Origin: Promethearchaeota archaeon
GTDB taxonomy: Archaea; Asgardarchaeota; Lokiarchaeia; Sigyniarchaeales; SOKP01
Length of the DNA stretch: 64,000 nucleotides
Direction: 5' to 3'
NCBI GenBank assembly: GCA_016840085.1
Contig: JAEOTA010000056.1
Coordinates: 35,717-99,716, forward strand
Position 1 is the stretch's first letter; each line of letters opens with the position of its first letter. A program made the translations under genes and the position numbers. This document shows, one piece after another, positions 1 to 10,568 of the stretch. Below the pieces are notes generated by a model. The model had not been told where the DNA came from and did no database searches. It saw nothing but the letters and a program-made list of their open reading frames with translations.

Positions 1-7
1 AAAACCG

Positions 8-340
8 ATGGAACTAAAAATTTTTAAAACTTCTGACGTTCCTCCAAAACCTGTAATATTTTCTAAAGATAAAGAAGAGAAAATCGAATTGGATGAATCA
101 AAAATGCCAATTAAATTGTTTCCCCCTCATGATGAATTGACAGAAGAATTAAGTAAACCAAAAGCTATTGAATTCATACAGGATTTACAAAGCATGATTA
201 TGGAAAAAGGAAGCACTTTAAGTTTGAAATTATGTGAACAATTAGTTTTAGATTTAGAACAATCTCTCGGTAGACCTTTATCAATTGAAGATATAAAAAT
301 AGCAGCGGATTTTTTTGTGAAACAAGAACAAATTACATAG
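8..340 (+). CDS. Hypothetical protein, probably the 3' part of a gene starting upstream of the window
   Basis: 110-aa ORF at the window edge, charged, helical C-terminus; no recognised motif. Confidence 0.55.
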   Translation: MELKIFKTSDVPPKPVIFSKDKEEKIELDESKMPIKLFPPHDELTEELSKPKAIEFIQDLQSMIMEKGSTLSLKLCEQLVLDLEQSLGRPLSIEDIKIAADFFVKQEQIT

Positions 341-501
341 TTTTAATAACTTCTTCTACATAGTTCAAAAAAAGTTCACAACATACTTCTTTTAAAGCTA
401 TTTAATATTAGAAATTATGAATAAAGAATTGGTAAAGCTTTTTTGTAAAAGCTTAACTAATTCACTTAAACTTTAGTTAAAAATTCAAATATTTAAGAAA
501 A

Positions 502-2007
502 GTGTTAAAAATGAGTGCTATAAAAGAACTTCGGGAATATTTTGGCGAAATCATGACATTACATTATACACAAGCTGCTTTAGGATGGGATCAAGAAGTA
601 AATATGCAAAATTATCGTACACTGGAAGGAAGGTCTAAACAAGTATCTCTACTCGAAAAATTAATTCATAAACGAGTTACCTCTGAAAAAGTTGGTAAAT
701 TAATTAGGGAAGCTCAAAAACTTACTAATCTTACCGAAATTGAGAGTGCTATGTTGCGAGAAATAACCAGAGAATATGAATTAGAAACCAAATTACCCGA
801 AAAATTAGTCATAGAAATTGCAGAAACAAGTATATTAGCCGCAAAAGAATGGAGAGAAGCCTACACTAAAAGTGAGTTTTCAACTTTTCAAGAACTGTTA
901 GAAAAAACAGTTGAATTGCAAAAGGAAAAAGCTACTAAACTGGCAACACATCCTGATATATATTCTACCCTTATTGATTTGTACGAACCAGGTGCTACAT
1001 ATGGTTGGATTGCGAATATCTTCAATCCCATAAAACCAAAAATAATTGATTTCGTAAAAAAGTTAAATTCATCTTCAGATAAACCTGATGATTCTATATT
1101 ACATAAAAATTATGATATCAATAAGCAATTTGAACTTAGTTTTGAGCTTATAAAAAAATTACATTATGATCTAGGAATTGGGCGTCAGGACAGATCAACT
1201 CATCCCTTTACATCATCTTTAGCTTCAATGGATATTCGTATTACTACACGAACACGAGAAGATTTTCTTAATGAATGTATTTTTGGCACGATACATGAAT
1301 GTGGTCATGCACTGTACGAGATGGGTATTAAGAAAGAGCTTCATAATACTATTTTGTGTAATGGTACTTCGATGGGAATCCATGAATCACAATCAAGAAT
1401 GTGGGAAAATATCGTCGGGAGAAGTAAAGAATATTGGTCCTATTGGTATCCGACTTTTCAAAAATATTTCCCCGAAAATTTGAAAGAATATCCAATGGAA
1501 GAATTTCACCGTGCGGTCAACTGTGTTCAACCATCATTTATTAGAGTCAATGCTGACGAGGTCACATATGGTTTACATGTAATTTTAAGATTTGAAATAG
1601 AAAAAGACCTAATTGAAGGCAAAATCCAAGTAAATGAATTGCCAGAAATATGGAATTCTAGAATGGAAGAATACTTAGGAATTATACCGGCTAATGATAA
1701 AGAAGGAGTTCTCCAAGATATACATTGGTCAATGGGAGCTATAGGTTATTTCCCGACCTATTTCTTGGGGAGCTTATATGCTTCGCAAATTTATTCAGAT
1801 GCTATTAAGAAGATGCCACATCTTCCTGAAGATTATAAGAAAGGTGAATTTTCAAACCTATTAAATTACTTAAGAGAAAATGTACATCAATACGGGAAAA
1901 TTTACAGAGCCAATGATTTAATAAAGAGGATAACTGGAGAAGATCTAAATCCAGACTACTTTTTCAAATACATTGAGGAAAAATTTTATCCAATCTATAA
2001 ACTCTAA
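502..2007 (+). CDS. Carboxypeptidase, M32 (Taq) family
   Basis: HECGH zinc motif plus HPF, DIRITTR, HESQSR, IRVNADE and GYFPTY motifs; start GTG 502 or ATG 511. Confidence 0.95.
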   Translation: MLKMSAIKELREYFGEIMTLHYTQAALGWDQEVNMQNYRTLEGRSKQVSLLEKLIHKRVTSEKVGKLIREAQKLTNLTEIESAMLREITREYELETKLPEKLVIEIAETSILAAKEWREAYTKSEFSTFQELLEKTVELQKEKATKLATHPDIYSTLIDLYEPGATYGWIANIFNPIKPKIIDFVKKLNSSSDKPDDSILHKNYDINKQFELSFELIKKLHYDLGIGRQDRSTHPFTSSLASMDIRITTRTREDFLNECIFGTIHECGHALYEMGIKKELHNTILCNGTSMGIHESQSRMWENIVGRSKEYWSYWYPTFQKYFPENLKEYPMEEFHRAVNCVQPSFIRVNADEVTYGLHVILRFEIEKDLIEGKIQVNELPEIWNSRMEEYLGIIPANDKEGVLQDIHWSMGAIGYFPTYFLGSLYASQIYSDAIKKMPHLPEDYKKGEFSNLLNYLRENVHQYGKIYRANDLIKRITGEDLNPDYFFKYIEEKFYPIYKL

Positions 2008-2079
2008 TCTATTTTTTTATTTTTTAAAAATTTTTAAAATAGACATTCTTTTATTTTATATTTCATAAGGATAGAAAAA

Positions 2080-2694
2080 ATGCTCTTACAAGTAAAAAAA
2101 TTTTCAGAAAAACTTTTACTCCCCCTAGGTAAAAAGGTAAAACGAGTACCTGCAAATTATTTTACATTTTTTGGAGTAATTACCGCATTTATAACTTTCA
2201 TAGGTTTTTTATTTCAATTTCTGTTATTAGTCATAGTTTTCTTGTTTATTACTGAATTTTTTGATCAACTAGATGGAGTAGTAGCCCGTCTTCAAGGTCC
2301 TACAGAATTGGGCGCATTTTTAGACTCAATGTTAGATAGAATAGGAGATTTTTTCATATTTGTTGGTGTTATTCTTAGTGGATATACCACTTTTGAGATT
2401 GGAATTATAGTGTTAATTGGCGCCTTTTTGACTTCATATTCTAGAGCAAAAATAGAAGTTTTAGGTATCGAGAATCTTTATGGTGTAGGCTTACTCGAAA
2501 GAACGGATCGAATACCAATCTTATTCATTGGAGCACTTTTGCAAATTTGGTTTCCTATAGCTATTTGGTGGACTATGATAATTTTAGCAGTTGGAACTAA
2601 TATAACAGTGATTCAAAGAATAATTTTTGCTTATCGAAACTTTTCAAAAAACCAAAAAGAACGTAAACTTAAAGCATTGAGAAACGTTAAATAA
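2080..2694 (+). CDS. CDP-alcohol phosphatidyltransferase (archaetidylinositol-phosphate synthase-like)
   Basis: DQLDGVVAR...GAFLDSMLDRIGD signature; SYSRAK; hydrophobic. Confidence 0.9.
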   Translation: MLLQVKKFSEKLLLPLGKKVKRVPANYFTFFGVITAFITFIGFLFQFLLLVIVFLFITEFFDQLDGVVARLQGPTELGAFLDSMLDRIGDFFIFVGVILSGYTTFEIGIIVLIGAFLTSYSRAKIEVLGIENLYGVGLLERTDRIPILFIGALLQIWFPIAIWWTMIILAVGTNITVIQRIIFAYRNFSKNQKERKLKALRNVK

Positions 2695-2715
2695 GAGAAT
2701 TTTTAATATTTTTTT

Positions 2716-3942
2716 ATGGGATTAAAAGATTTAGTTGAACTCAAAAAAAGAGAAAACCGTCTTATTCTAATTCTTGTGATTTGGCTTTTAGTTGGATTTA
2801 CAGCTGTTCAATTTAGAACAACTCGAAATATTGGTATTGTTATATTTTTACCACTTTTAGGAATTTTAATCATTTTATTATTAGCTTCAGTAATTTTTAA
2901 AAAGGATTTAAAACAAATGACATTTAAATCAATATTAAAATATTGCCTATTAGCTATTCCACTCTTTTTGATCTTTACTGCACTTGTTTTTTTCGCAGTT
3001 CTAATTTTAATAGTTATTTCTATTCTTTCTTACATATTTATAACATCATTATTTACATTACACAGTTGCTATAAATGGGGTGTAGATTTAGATGAAAAAA
3101 TATATAAATTGCCAAAACTTCTGAATTTTCTTTTAAGGATAATAACATTCGTAGGAGGCCTAATTCTTTCTATCATCATAATGTTATTAATTGCTAATAT
3201 CGGTTTTAATTGGGGTATCATCCCAGAAGAGGTATTAAGTGAATTAGGTCATATCCCATGGGTCATGATAACTTTTTTTATAATCTTATTTTTAGTCTGT
3301 TTATTATTTCTTTTTATAGGCAAATTTAACGCATGGTTTGGAGTCTTTCTCATTTATGTTTCGATTTATGCTTCTTATTTAATATTGAAAGCTTCTTTAA
3401 GTTTAATTAAAAGTGAAGAATCTGTATTAGCACTCCCAATACAAATATCTCTTTACTTTTTTGATTTATTTCTATTACTTGTAACAATGGGAAGTTTAAT
3501 TGGGAAAAAGGCTGAAATTATAAGTAAAAAATTGAAATTCATAAAATCTGAAATAATAATAATTTGGTTAATCTTTTCTAAATCAGCCTATGAATTTATT
3601 TTTGCTCTTCCTACTCCGGATGAGGGTATGCCTACTTCATTTTCATTCATAATGATTTCATTCATAATTTTTATCCCACTCTTTTTATTTATTGGCTTTT
3701 ATGGAATTTATAATTATTTTAAATTAAAAAAGCAAAGAAAAGAGAAAAAGAAAGCCAAGAAACTAAAGAGAAAAGATTTGGAAGAGATTAGGATTACCGA
3801 AGAAGAAAAATTTGAAGAAGAAAAGCTAGAAAATATTCCTATACAAGAGATTCGAGAAGAGCTTTTAACCTGTCCTTCTTGTTTAGCAATTAATAGGAAG
3901 GGTGCAAAATACTGTAGTAAATGTGGTTTTGAAATTAAATAA
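2716..3942 (+). CDS. Polytopic membrane protein with C-terminal zinc ribbon
   Basis: About 9-10 hydrophobic segments, Lys/Glu-rich linker, terminal CPSC...YCSKCG. Confidence 0.75.
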   Translation: MGLKDLVELKKRENRLILILVIWLLVGFTAVQFRTTRNIGIVIFLPLLGILIILLLASVIFKKDLKQMTFKSILKYCLLAIPLFLIFTALVFFAVLILIVISILSYIFITSLFTLHSCYKWGVDLDEKIYKLPKLLNFLLRIITFVGGLILSIIIMLLIANIGFNWGIIPEEVLSELGHIPWVMITFFIILFLVCLLFLFIGKFNAWFGVFLIYVSIYASYLILKASLSLIKSEESVLALPIQISLYFFDLFLLLVTMGSLIGKKAEIISKKLKFIKSEIIIIWLIFSKSAYEFIFALPTPDEGMPTSFSFIMISFIIFIPLFLFIGFYGIYNYFKLKKQRKEKKKAKKLKRKDLEEIRITEEEKFEEEKLENIPIQEIREELLTCPSCLAINRKGAKYCSKCGFEIK

Positions 3943-3989
3943 AATAATAAAATACTTTTTAAAGAATTATATAAAAAGATAATTACACC

Positions 3990-4649
3990 TTAAAATTGCA
4001 CACGGTTAAATAGAAGTATATTTATACCCATTATTACAGTAGTAATAGATATTCCCAAAATTAACGCTAATAATTCGGGATCTAAACCTGGTATAAAGAA
4101 TGTAGGTAAAATTATAATAGAAGATAATTGACCGCCTAAATATACTGCTAAAATTGCTGCTACTGCAACTGAAGATACTAATACACCAATACATATACCT
4201 ATAGAACATGTAATAGCCATTGAGGACATACTTATTATCAGAGAATCAAACATTGAATTTAAGTAATTTTCAGGAAATCCTATCGTACTGATATCAATTA
4301 ATAACCCAACTATAAGGGATATAAAAATGGCTATAATTAAACATAAGAAAACAGCAAAAAACTTTGCTAACAGTAAATTGTACCGCTTCACAGGTCTTAT
4401 CAGAAATAATTCATAAACGTGACGATTTTTTTCGCTTACAATTGATGTACTAAGCATAATAGAGGAAAGCGTTCCACCAATACTAGAAACAAGGAGGACA
4501 ACTAAAAATGAAATTGGAAAATCTTCAGTTGGAGGTTGAATAAAATGAATTAAGAATGATAATAATGGTAATCCAAACCATAAAACTATCATTACTTTAG
4601 ATTTTGCATATCCTTTTAATTCGTCAAAAAAAAGTAGTATAAAGCTCAG
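3990..4649 (-). CDS. ABC-2 type transporter permease (start extended to CTG at 4649)
   Basis: EK...YELFLIRPVKR..LLLAKF motif; frame open 19 codons upstream of the track ATG (4592) to a CTG overlapping the ATPase stop, preceded by GGAGGTG. Confidence 0.85.
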   Translation of the reverse strand: MSFILLFFDELKGYAKSKVMIVLWFGLPLLSFLIHFIQPPTEDFPISFLVVLLVSSIGGTLSSIMLSTSIVSEKNRHVYELFLIRPVKRYNLLLAKFFAVFLCLIIAIFISLIVGLLIDISTIGFPENYLNSMFDSLIISMSSMAITCSIGICIGVLVSSVAVAAILAVYLGGQLSSIIILPTFFIPGLDPELLALILGISITTVIMGINILLFNRVQF

Positions 4650-5650
4650 AAAGTTCCACCTCCGACATATTTTAAATATACATCTTCCAAACTAGGTTTT
4701 ACAAGATTGAAATTTCTGATTCTGCATTTCTGTTTTGCTAATTTATTCAAAATCTGAAATATAATTGAATCTACATCGGTATCAGATTTCAAATGGATTA
4801 ATTGGATGTTTGATCTTATTTTCTCAATATATTCAACATCCATTAAATCATCTAATCCTTCACATAAAGGAGTGTTTTCTGCAACTTCAATTTGTATTAT
4901 ATTTCCTATATGAAAGCTACTTTGAAGATCTTCAGGAGTTCCAATTTTCATAATCTGACCTTGATTTAAAATACCGATTTTATCTGCAATATTTTGTACA
5001 TCACTTAAGATATGCGATGAAAACAAAATAGTTATTCCACTTTTAGAAAGTTGTTTAATAATATTTTTGAATTGAAATCGACTTGTTGGATCTAATCCTG
5101 ATAATGGTTCATCTAAAACCAAGATTTCTGGTTCATGTAAAAGAGCTTGGCATAATCTTAATTTTTGGAACATACCACCTGATAAATAAGTTATCTTTTT
5201 ATATCTTACATCTGATAGATTTAGCAAATTTAAAACTTCTTGAATTCGGTTTTCAAGGTGATTTGAACTAAGTCCTGATAAACGACCAAAGGTTTTAAGA
5301 CTGTGATCGACAGTACGCCATTCTTGAAAACCAGCTTCTTGTGGATGATATCCTATTAGATTTTTTACCTCTTTCAAATTATTGTAAATACTCTTTCCAT
5401 TAACATAAACATCACCTTTGTAGTCCTTGATTAAGCCAACTAAAATTTTGATTGTTGTTGTTTTACCTGCTCCATTTGGACCAATATAACCAAATATATC
5501 TCCCTTTTGGATTGCAAAAGAGACATTATCTAAGGCTAATAACATTTTATATTTTTTAGATACATTACGGAACTCTATTAATGTATCTCTATTCGATAAC
5601 TTATTATTCTGTCTTGTAGTATTAATTTCTTTTTTTCCATTTAAAGCCAT
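4646..5650 (-). CDS. ABC transporter ATP-binding protein
   Basis: Walker A GPNGAGKTT, signature LSGG, Walker B ILVLDEP, SSH switch. Confidence 0.95.
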   Translation of the reverse strand: MALNGKKEINTTRQNNKLSNRDTLIEFRNVSKKYKMLLALDNVSFAIQKGDIFGYIGPNGAGKTTTIKILVGLIKDYKGDVYVNGKSIYNNLKEVKNLIGYHPQEAGFQEWRTVDHSLKTFGRLSGLSSNHLENRIQEVLNLLNLSDVRYKKITYLSGGMFQKLRLCQALLHEPEILVLDEPLSGLDPTSRFQFKNIIKQLSKSGITILFSSHILSDVQNIADKIGILNQGQIMKIGTPEDLQSSFHIGNIIQIEVAENTPLCEGLDDLMDVEYIEKIRSNIQLIHLKSDTDVDSIIFQILNKLAKQKCRIRNFNLVKPSLEDVYLKYVGGGTF

Positions 5651-5798
5651 AGTAATTATAGAATATTCTGATATTTTATATTATAATTAAGTTATCTATT
5701 ATCCACCTTAAACTTTTCCCGCCCAAATAAAATCTATAGTAATGGTTCTATTAAATTGAAAAATATTAGCAAACTCTTCTTTTTTTTAGCATTTATTC

Positions 5799-6953
5799 TT
5801 ACTTTCTTAATTTAGGTGGAGGTACATAGACTTTTCTCATACCTTCCAATAAAGATATAGCATTTTCAGGACAAAAATGAGCACACACTCCACATCCTAT
5901 ACACCATTCCGCGTTCCGAACGGCTATATTTTTATCATCATTAAAATGTATTGCTTTTGTTGGACATTTTTCAACACACGTTCCACACCCAGTACATTTT
6001 TCATTGTCAATTTTAGATAAATAATTTGTCCAATTCATCATTGGTAAAACACCTTCTCTCCATAGTTCGAACGTTGCACAGCAATCCTCACAACAATTGC
6101 AAATACTTGTCTCAGCTTTAGTAATATCTTCGTGAGGATGGAAAGCTTTATGAACTAATCCTGCTTCTTCAGATTTTTTCAAAATTTTTAATGCTTCATT
6201 TTTATCTATAAGTCTAGCAAAACCTTGTTCTGTTGTATAACGAGCAGATTTTCCGAATGTAAAACAATTTTCTCTCATTCCTGTTTGTTTGCAAGGAGTT
6301 CCTAATAAATCTTTATGATGTCTACAAAAGCAATGACCAACAGCGATATAATCAAACTTTTCAATAAGTTTTCCAACATTTTGAGTAGTCACTATGGATT
6401 CTTCTGGTATTTCTAATTTTTGGTTAACTGAAATCTCAATTTCATCTCCAGAAGCAGTTTTATCTAAAATGGGAACAGTTCTATCTAATGGAGGGAATTT
6501 TCGAAAAACAGGTTCTAAAACATCATATTTTGATTGAACTGTGTCTTTTACTTCATCAAACAATTTTTTGAATAAATGTGCAATCCTCTTTTCTACTGGA
6601 CTATATTTAAGCTTTTGCATAAATATATACTCAAAAGGTCCAACCATCATTAATGGGAGCAGTCGATAAACCATTATACCTTTCGAACTTTGTTGATTGA
6701 AGATTACACCTTTTTTAGCAAGAGATTCCACGTTATTTAAGATTTCCTCTTCAGATAATTTACTAGTTTTCTGAAGTTCTTCTAATGTTTGAGATTTCTT
6801 AAGTTTGAAAGCGTTAATAAAATCTAACTCACTCTCATCAATAAGATACTTTAGAATTTCTATTAAAGTATCATTAACAGGAAATGGGAGACGGCCAGCT
6901 TTTACTATTATTCTTGCTGCTCTCTTGTACTTTTCCTCAGACATTTTTATCAA
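5799..6953 (-). CDS. 4Fe-4S dicluster protein with N-terminal wHTH-like region
   Basis: CTGCGTCVEKCP and CIGCGVCAHFCP; ICNCCEDCC cluster; paralogue of 53851..54969. Confidence 0.85.
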   Translation of the reverse strand: MIKMSEEKYKRAARIIVKAGRLPFPVNDTLIEILKYLIDESELDFINAFKLKKSQTLEELQKTSKLSEEEILNNVESLAKKGVIFNQQSSKGIMVYRLLPLMMVGPFEYIFMQKLKYSPVEKRIAHLFKKLFDEVKDTVQSKYDVLEPVFRKFPPLDRTVPILDKTASGDEIEISVNQKLEIPEESIVTTQNVGKLIEKFDYIAVGHCFCRHHKDLLGTPCKQTGMRENCFTFGKSARYTTEQGFARLIDKNEALKILKKSEEAGLVHKAFHPHEDITKAETSICNCCEDCCATFELWREGVLPMMNWTNYLSKIDNEKCTGCGTCVEKCPTKAIHFNDDKNIAVRNAEWCIGCGVCAHFCPENAISLLEGMRKVYVPPPKLRK

Positions 6954-7050
6954 TCATTTTTACAAGATTTTTTTATTGTAGTTTTGATTAAAAACTATTT
7001 AACTATATTTGTTTACAATTGAGTAATTCTCACTGTAATTTTCATTTATT

Positions 7051-8421
7051 TTAATAAAGATTCTCAAATTCAGAAATCCCTTTTATAATACCGACTTTTC
7101 TAATCCTTAAAATAGTAGAAACACGTGTTTTTCTGAATTTTCGAAAGCTAACGCTTAATACGTGATAATCAGGTAAAATTGTTCTTTGTCTTTTTTCAAT
7201 ATAATTTTTCCATGAATTATAGAAACAAATTTTACCTAAATCCATTCTTGGAGTTGGTTTTGGGTAATTTTTTGCGTATCCAAAAATGGCCATACTTGGT
7301 ATATGCCAATCTTTAGGGATGTTTAAGATTTTCCTTAGATTTCCACGATTAAAAGCTCCAATCCAACAAGAACCAATCCCCAATGTATGAGCTCTTAATA
7401 ACACATTTTGAATAATTGAGCCTGTGTCGGTTTCGGCATAAAAACCTGGTGAATTATTAGAACAATCATATGCTACTACAATAATTAAGGGCACTTTTCG
7501 AACATGGCTCTGTTGTACAACTATCTTTGCACTTTTAGCGGTTTGTTTAAGTACTTCTTTATCATCAATAATAATTATTTTTAAATAGGGGTGATCTATT
7601 GTTAAGGGAATCATCATACCTGCTTTTAATAATTCTAAAATAATGCCTTTAGGAATGTCTTTATTCTCATCATATTTTCTTATTGATCTTCTATCAACAA
7701 TTGCATCAACAGCATCAATATCATAATTTTGATAATTTATACTTTCATCTTGTAAACTCCTTCCTTCTAAATTATTTCCCCATAAATTATAAAAATATAA
7801 ATCCTTGAAATCCTTTCTTTTATATTCCTTTGTATCGAATAATTCTTTTGCTTTCCCAATCACTAATACAGCATCAATGAATATTGATTGTGGAATATTA
7901 AATTTTTCTCTAATAAATTCCCTATCAAAAATCCTTACCCAACGGGTATGGTATCCTAATTCATATGACATTAGAATCATATTCGTAATCGCTGCACCCA
8001 TATCAGTAGATCCAAATATTTTCCCTGATATAGTGCTTTTATGAGTGCAAAGGATAAAAAATGACGCTGATTTAGCACAGTCAATATCATTAGAGTGGTG
8101 TTTAAATATAAAGTCCTTATATTTATCAGTCTTAGCATTGTAATTTTCAGTAGAGAAGACAAAATTACTCCTTAATTCAGGTGATTTAACATCCTGCAAT
8201 GTTGTTTTTAATCTGGGATCCTTTGCTATAATTGATTGGATGATAGTATCTTTACCTTTTTGAGTATTAATTACTAGAAATCTCCAGACTTGTTGATTCT
8301 CGGCAGAAGGAGCAAATCGTCCAGCTTCTAAGATCTTTAATATTTCATTCTTTGGTATTTCAAAGTTAGATTCAAATTTCAGTGGTTTTTTCCATGTTTT
8401 AATAATTTCTTTTAAATACAT
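7051..8421 (-). CDS. Tandem two-domain nitroreductase family protein
   Basis: Domain 1 AGRFAPSAENQQVWRF; domain 2 RRSIRKY...LGIGSCWIGAF. Confidence 0.85.
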   Translation of the reverse strand: MYLKEIIKTWKKPLKFESNFEIPKNEILKILEAGRFAPSAENQQVWRFLVINTQKGKDTIIQSIIAKDPRLKTTLQDVKSPELRSNFVFSTENYNAKTDKYKDFIFKHHSNDIDCAKSASFFILCTHKSTISGKIFGSTDMGAAITNMILMSYELGYHTRWVRIFDREFIREKFNIPQSIFIDAVLVIGKAKELFDTKEYKRKDFKDLYFYNLWGNNLEGRSLQDESINYQNYDIDAVDAIVDRRSIRKYDENKDIPKGIILELLKAGMMIPLTIDHPYLKIIIIDDKEVLKQTAKSAKIVVQQSHVRKVPLIIVVAYDCSNNSPGFYAETDTGSIIQNVLLRAHTLGIGSCWIGAFNRGNLRKILNIPKDWHIPSMAIFGYAKNYPKPTPRMDLGKICFYNSWKNYIEKRQRTILPDYHVLSVSFRKFRKTRVSTILRIRKVGIIKGISEFENLY

Positions 8422-8522
8422 AGAAATAATTACTTGGTTAATAATTAATGTTAAAATTATTTGTTAACCTAGTTAGTAAATATAATTAATTAAAATTGAT
8501 ACATTTTCAGTGTTGATAAACT

Positions 8523-9848
8523 ATGGGAAAAAATTCATGTTTAATAATTGGTCACGGCGCCAGAGAACATGTTATTGGTGAAACTCTTGTTGGAGATGGA
8601 GTAAAATTATTTTCCTTTATGAGTTTTAAAAATGCGGGATTAGAAGATTTAAGTAAAGATATCAAAATTCACTCTGAAACTGATTTTCAAGAGATTATAG
8701 ACTTTTGTAAAGAAAAAAATATTGATTTTGCTGTAATTGGTCCGGAAGCTCCATTAGTAGTTGGAATCGTAGATGCTTTAGAAAAAGTTGGAATCCCATG
8801 CGTTGGGCCAAAAATAGAAGCTGCTCAATTAGAGGGTTCAAAAGTCTTTACCAGAAACTTATTAGAAAAATATAAGATTAAATCAAATGTTAGAAGTAAA
8901 ATGTTTGATTCAATGGAAAGAATAGACAGCTATATCAAAGACATGGGTGTCGAAAACATAGTTGTGAAACCAGAAGGGTTAACTGGGGGTAAAGGAGTTA
9001 AAGTTTATGGTGATCACCTTTTTTCGACACAAGACATTTTAGATTATTGCCAAGAATTAGTAAGCAAAAAAAGTAGATTTCTTTTAGAAGAGAGGTGTGT
9101 GGGTGAAGAATTCACATTGCAGACTTTTGTTGATGGTAAAAATGTAATTGGCTCACCCTTAGTTCAAGATCATAAAAGAGCATATGAAGATGATAAGGGA
9201 CCAAATACAGGAGGGATGGGGAGTTATTCAATGGAAGATCATCTTATGCCTTTTTTTACTCAAAAAGATGTTGATGAAGCTCTCGAAGATATGAAAAAGA
9301 CGGTAGCAGCAGTTAAAGCTGAAACAGGAGTAGGATATAAAGGATTTTTATATGGGCAATTCATGAAAACAGCGAAGGGATTAAAACTAATAGAATTTAA
9401 TTCTCGATGGGGTGATCCTGAAGCGATGAATGTTTTACCACTCCTTGAAGGAAATTTTGTAGATATCTGTTGGTCAATCATAAATGGAAATTTATCACAA
9501 AATATTGAATTTGAAAATAAGGCTACGGTGTGTAAATATTTGGCTCCAGAGGGATATCCTGTGAATCCTAAAAAAGATGAGCAAGTAATTATAAACAAGG
9601 AGAAAATTAACAAAACAGGGGCAAAATACTACTATGCTTCGGTTTATCGAGAAGGTGAAAAGATATTTACTACTACTTCGAGAGCAATGGGAGTATTAGG
9701 GATTGCAGATTCTTTAGAAGAAGCTGAAAAAATTAGTGAATCCGGAGTTGCATGTATAGAGGGTAGACTCTTTCATAGAAAGGATGTAGGTACACGGAGG
9801 TTATTACAGAAGCGAATTGATCACATGAATTCCCTTTTAAAAAAATAA
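8523..9848 (+). CDS. purD: Phosphoribosylamine--glycine ligase
   Basis: GHGAREH, GPEAPL, QDHKRAYEDDKGPNTGGMGSYS, EFNSRWGDPE. Confidence 0.96.
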   Translation: MGKNSCLIIGHGAREHVIGETLVGDGVKLFSFMSFKNAGLEDLSKDIKIHSETDFQEIIDFCKEKNIDFAVIGPEAPLVVGIVDALEKVGIPCVGPKIEAAQLEGSKVFTRNLLEKYKIKSNVRSKMFDSMERIDSYIKDMGVENIVVKPEGLTGGKGVKVYGDHLFSTQDILDYCQELVSKKSRFLLEERCVGEEFTLQTFVDGKNVIGSPLVQDHKRAYEDDKGPNTGGMGSYSMEDHLMPFFTQKDVDEALEDMKKTVAAVKAETGVGYKGFLYGQFMKTAKGLKLIEFNSRWGDPEAMNVLPLLEGNFVDICWSIINGNLSQNIEFENKATVCKYLAPEGYPVNPKKDEQVIINKEKINKTGAKYYYASVYREGEKIFTTTSRAMGVLGIADSLEEAEKISESGVACIEGRLFHRKDVGTRRLLQKRIDHMNSLLKK

Positions 9849-9946
9849 ATAATAATTTTTTATATAGTAATTTATCTCATTATTAGATTATTATATTCTA
9901 TAATCATCATATTATAATAATATTATAATTAAATTCTACTTGAATT

Positions 9947-10429
9947 ATGGATTGGCATGAAAAAAACGCTGAATTTAATGCTTTAATTAGACAACTTTTT
10001 CACGATGATGATTGGCAAAAAAGAGCTGATGCTGCGAGGCATTTAGGTATATTAAAGGACGGAAGAGCAATAAATTTATTATGTAGAGCACTTAGAACAG
10101 AAGAAGATCATATCGTTATTAACAAAATAATCGAATCATTAGGTAGAATAGGAGATGGAAGAGCAACTCTGAGAATTATTGAGAAACTGAGGGAGGAAAA
10201 AGAAAGAATAGAGCCAGATAAATATAGAATAATATATATCTTAGAAAGTTTAACAAGCATTAAAGATAAACGCGCATTAGCTTATATTGGGTCGTTCTTA
10301 GATTCCTCAGATAATGAAGTAAGAGAATTAGCTTATAAAGCTTTTGATATAATAGAGCCTAATTGGAGAGAAATAATAAAGAAAGAAAGAAAGAAATCAA
10401 TTCAGGATATTTTTAAAATTAATGATTAG
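9947..10429 (+). CDS. HEAT-repeat (PBS lyase-like) protein
   Basis: Repeated RADAARHLG / IIESLGRIGD / VRELAYKAF helical units. Confidence 0.85.
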   Translation: MDWHEKNAEFNALIRQLFHDDDWQKRADAARHLGILKDGRAINLLCRALRTEEDHIVINKIIESLGRIGDGRATLRIIEKLREEKERIEPDKYRIIYILESLTSIKDKRALAYIGSFLDSSDNEVRELAYKAFDIIEPNWREIIKKERKKSIQDIFKIND

Positions 10430-10568
10430 GTAAATCTCTTTTTCTCTATACTTTTGTTTAGTTTTAATTTATAATAAAGACTTAATAAGTAGATTATTAT
10501 GATTCCTTTATACTTTTTATTTTAAATTTATGAGTAAATTTGTATAAAACTAAGTAAGGTGTCATAAT

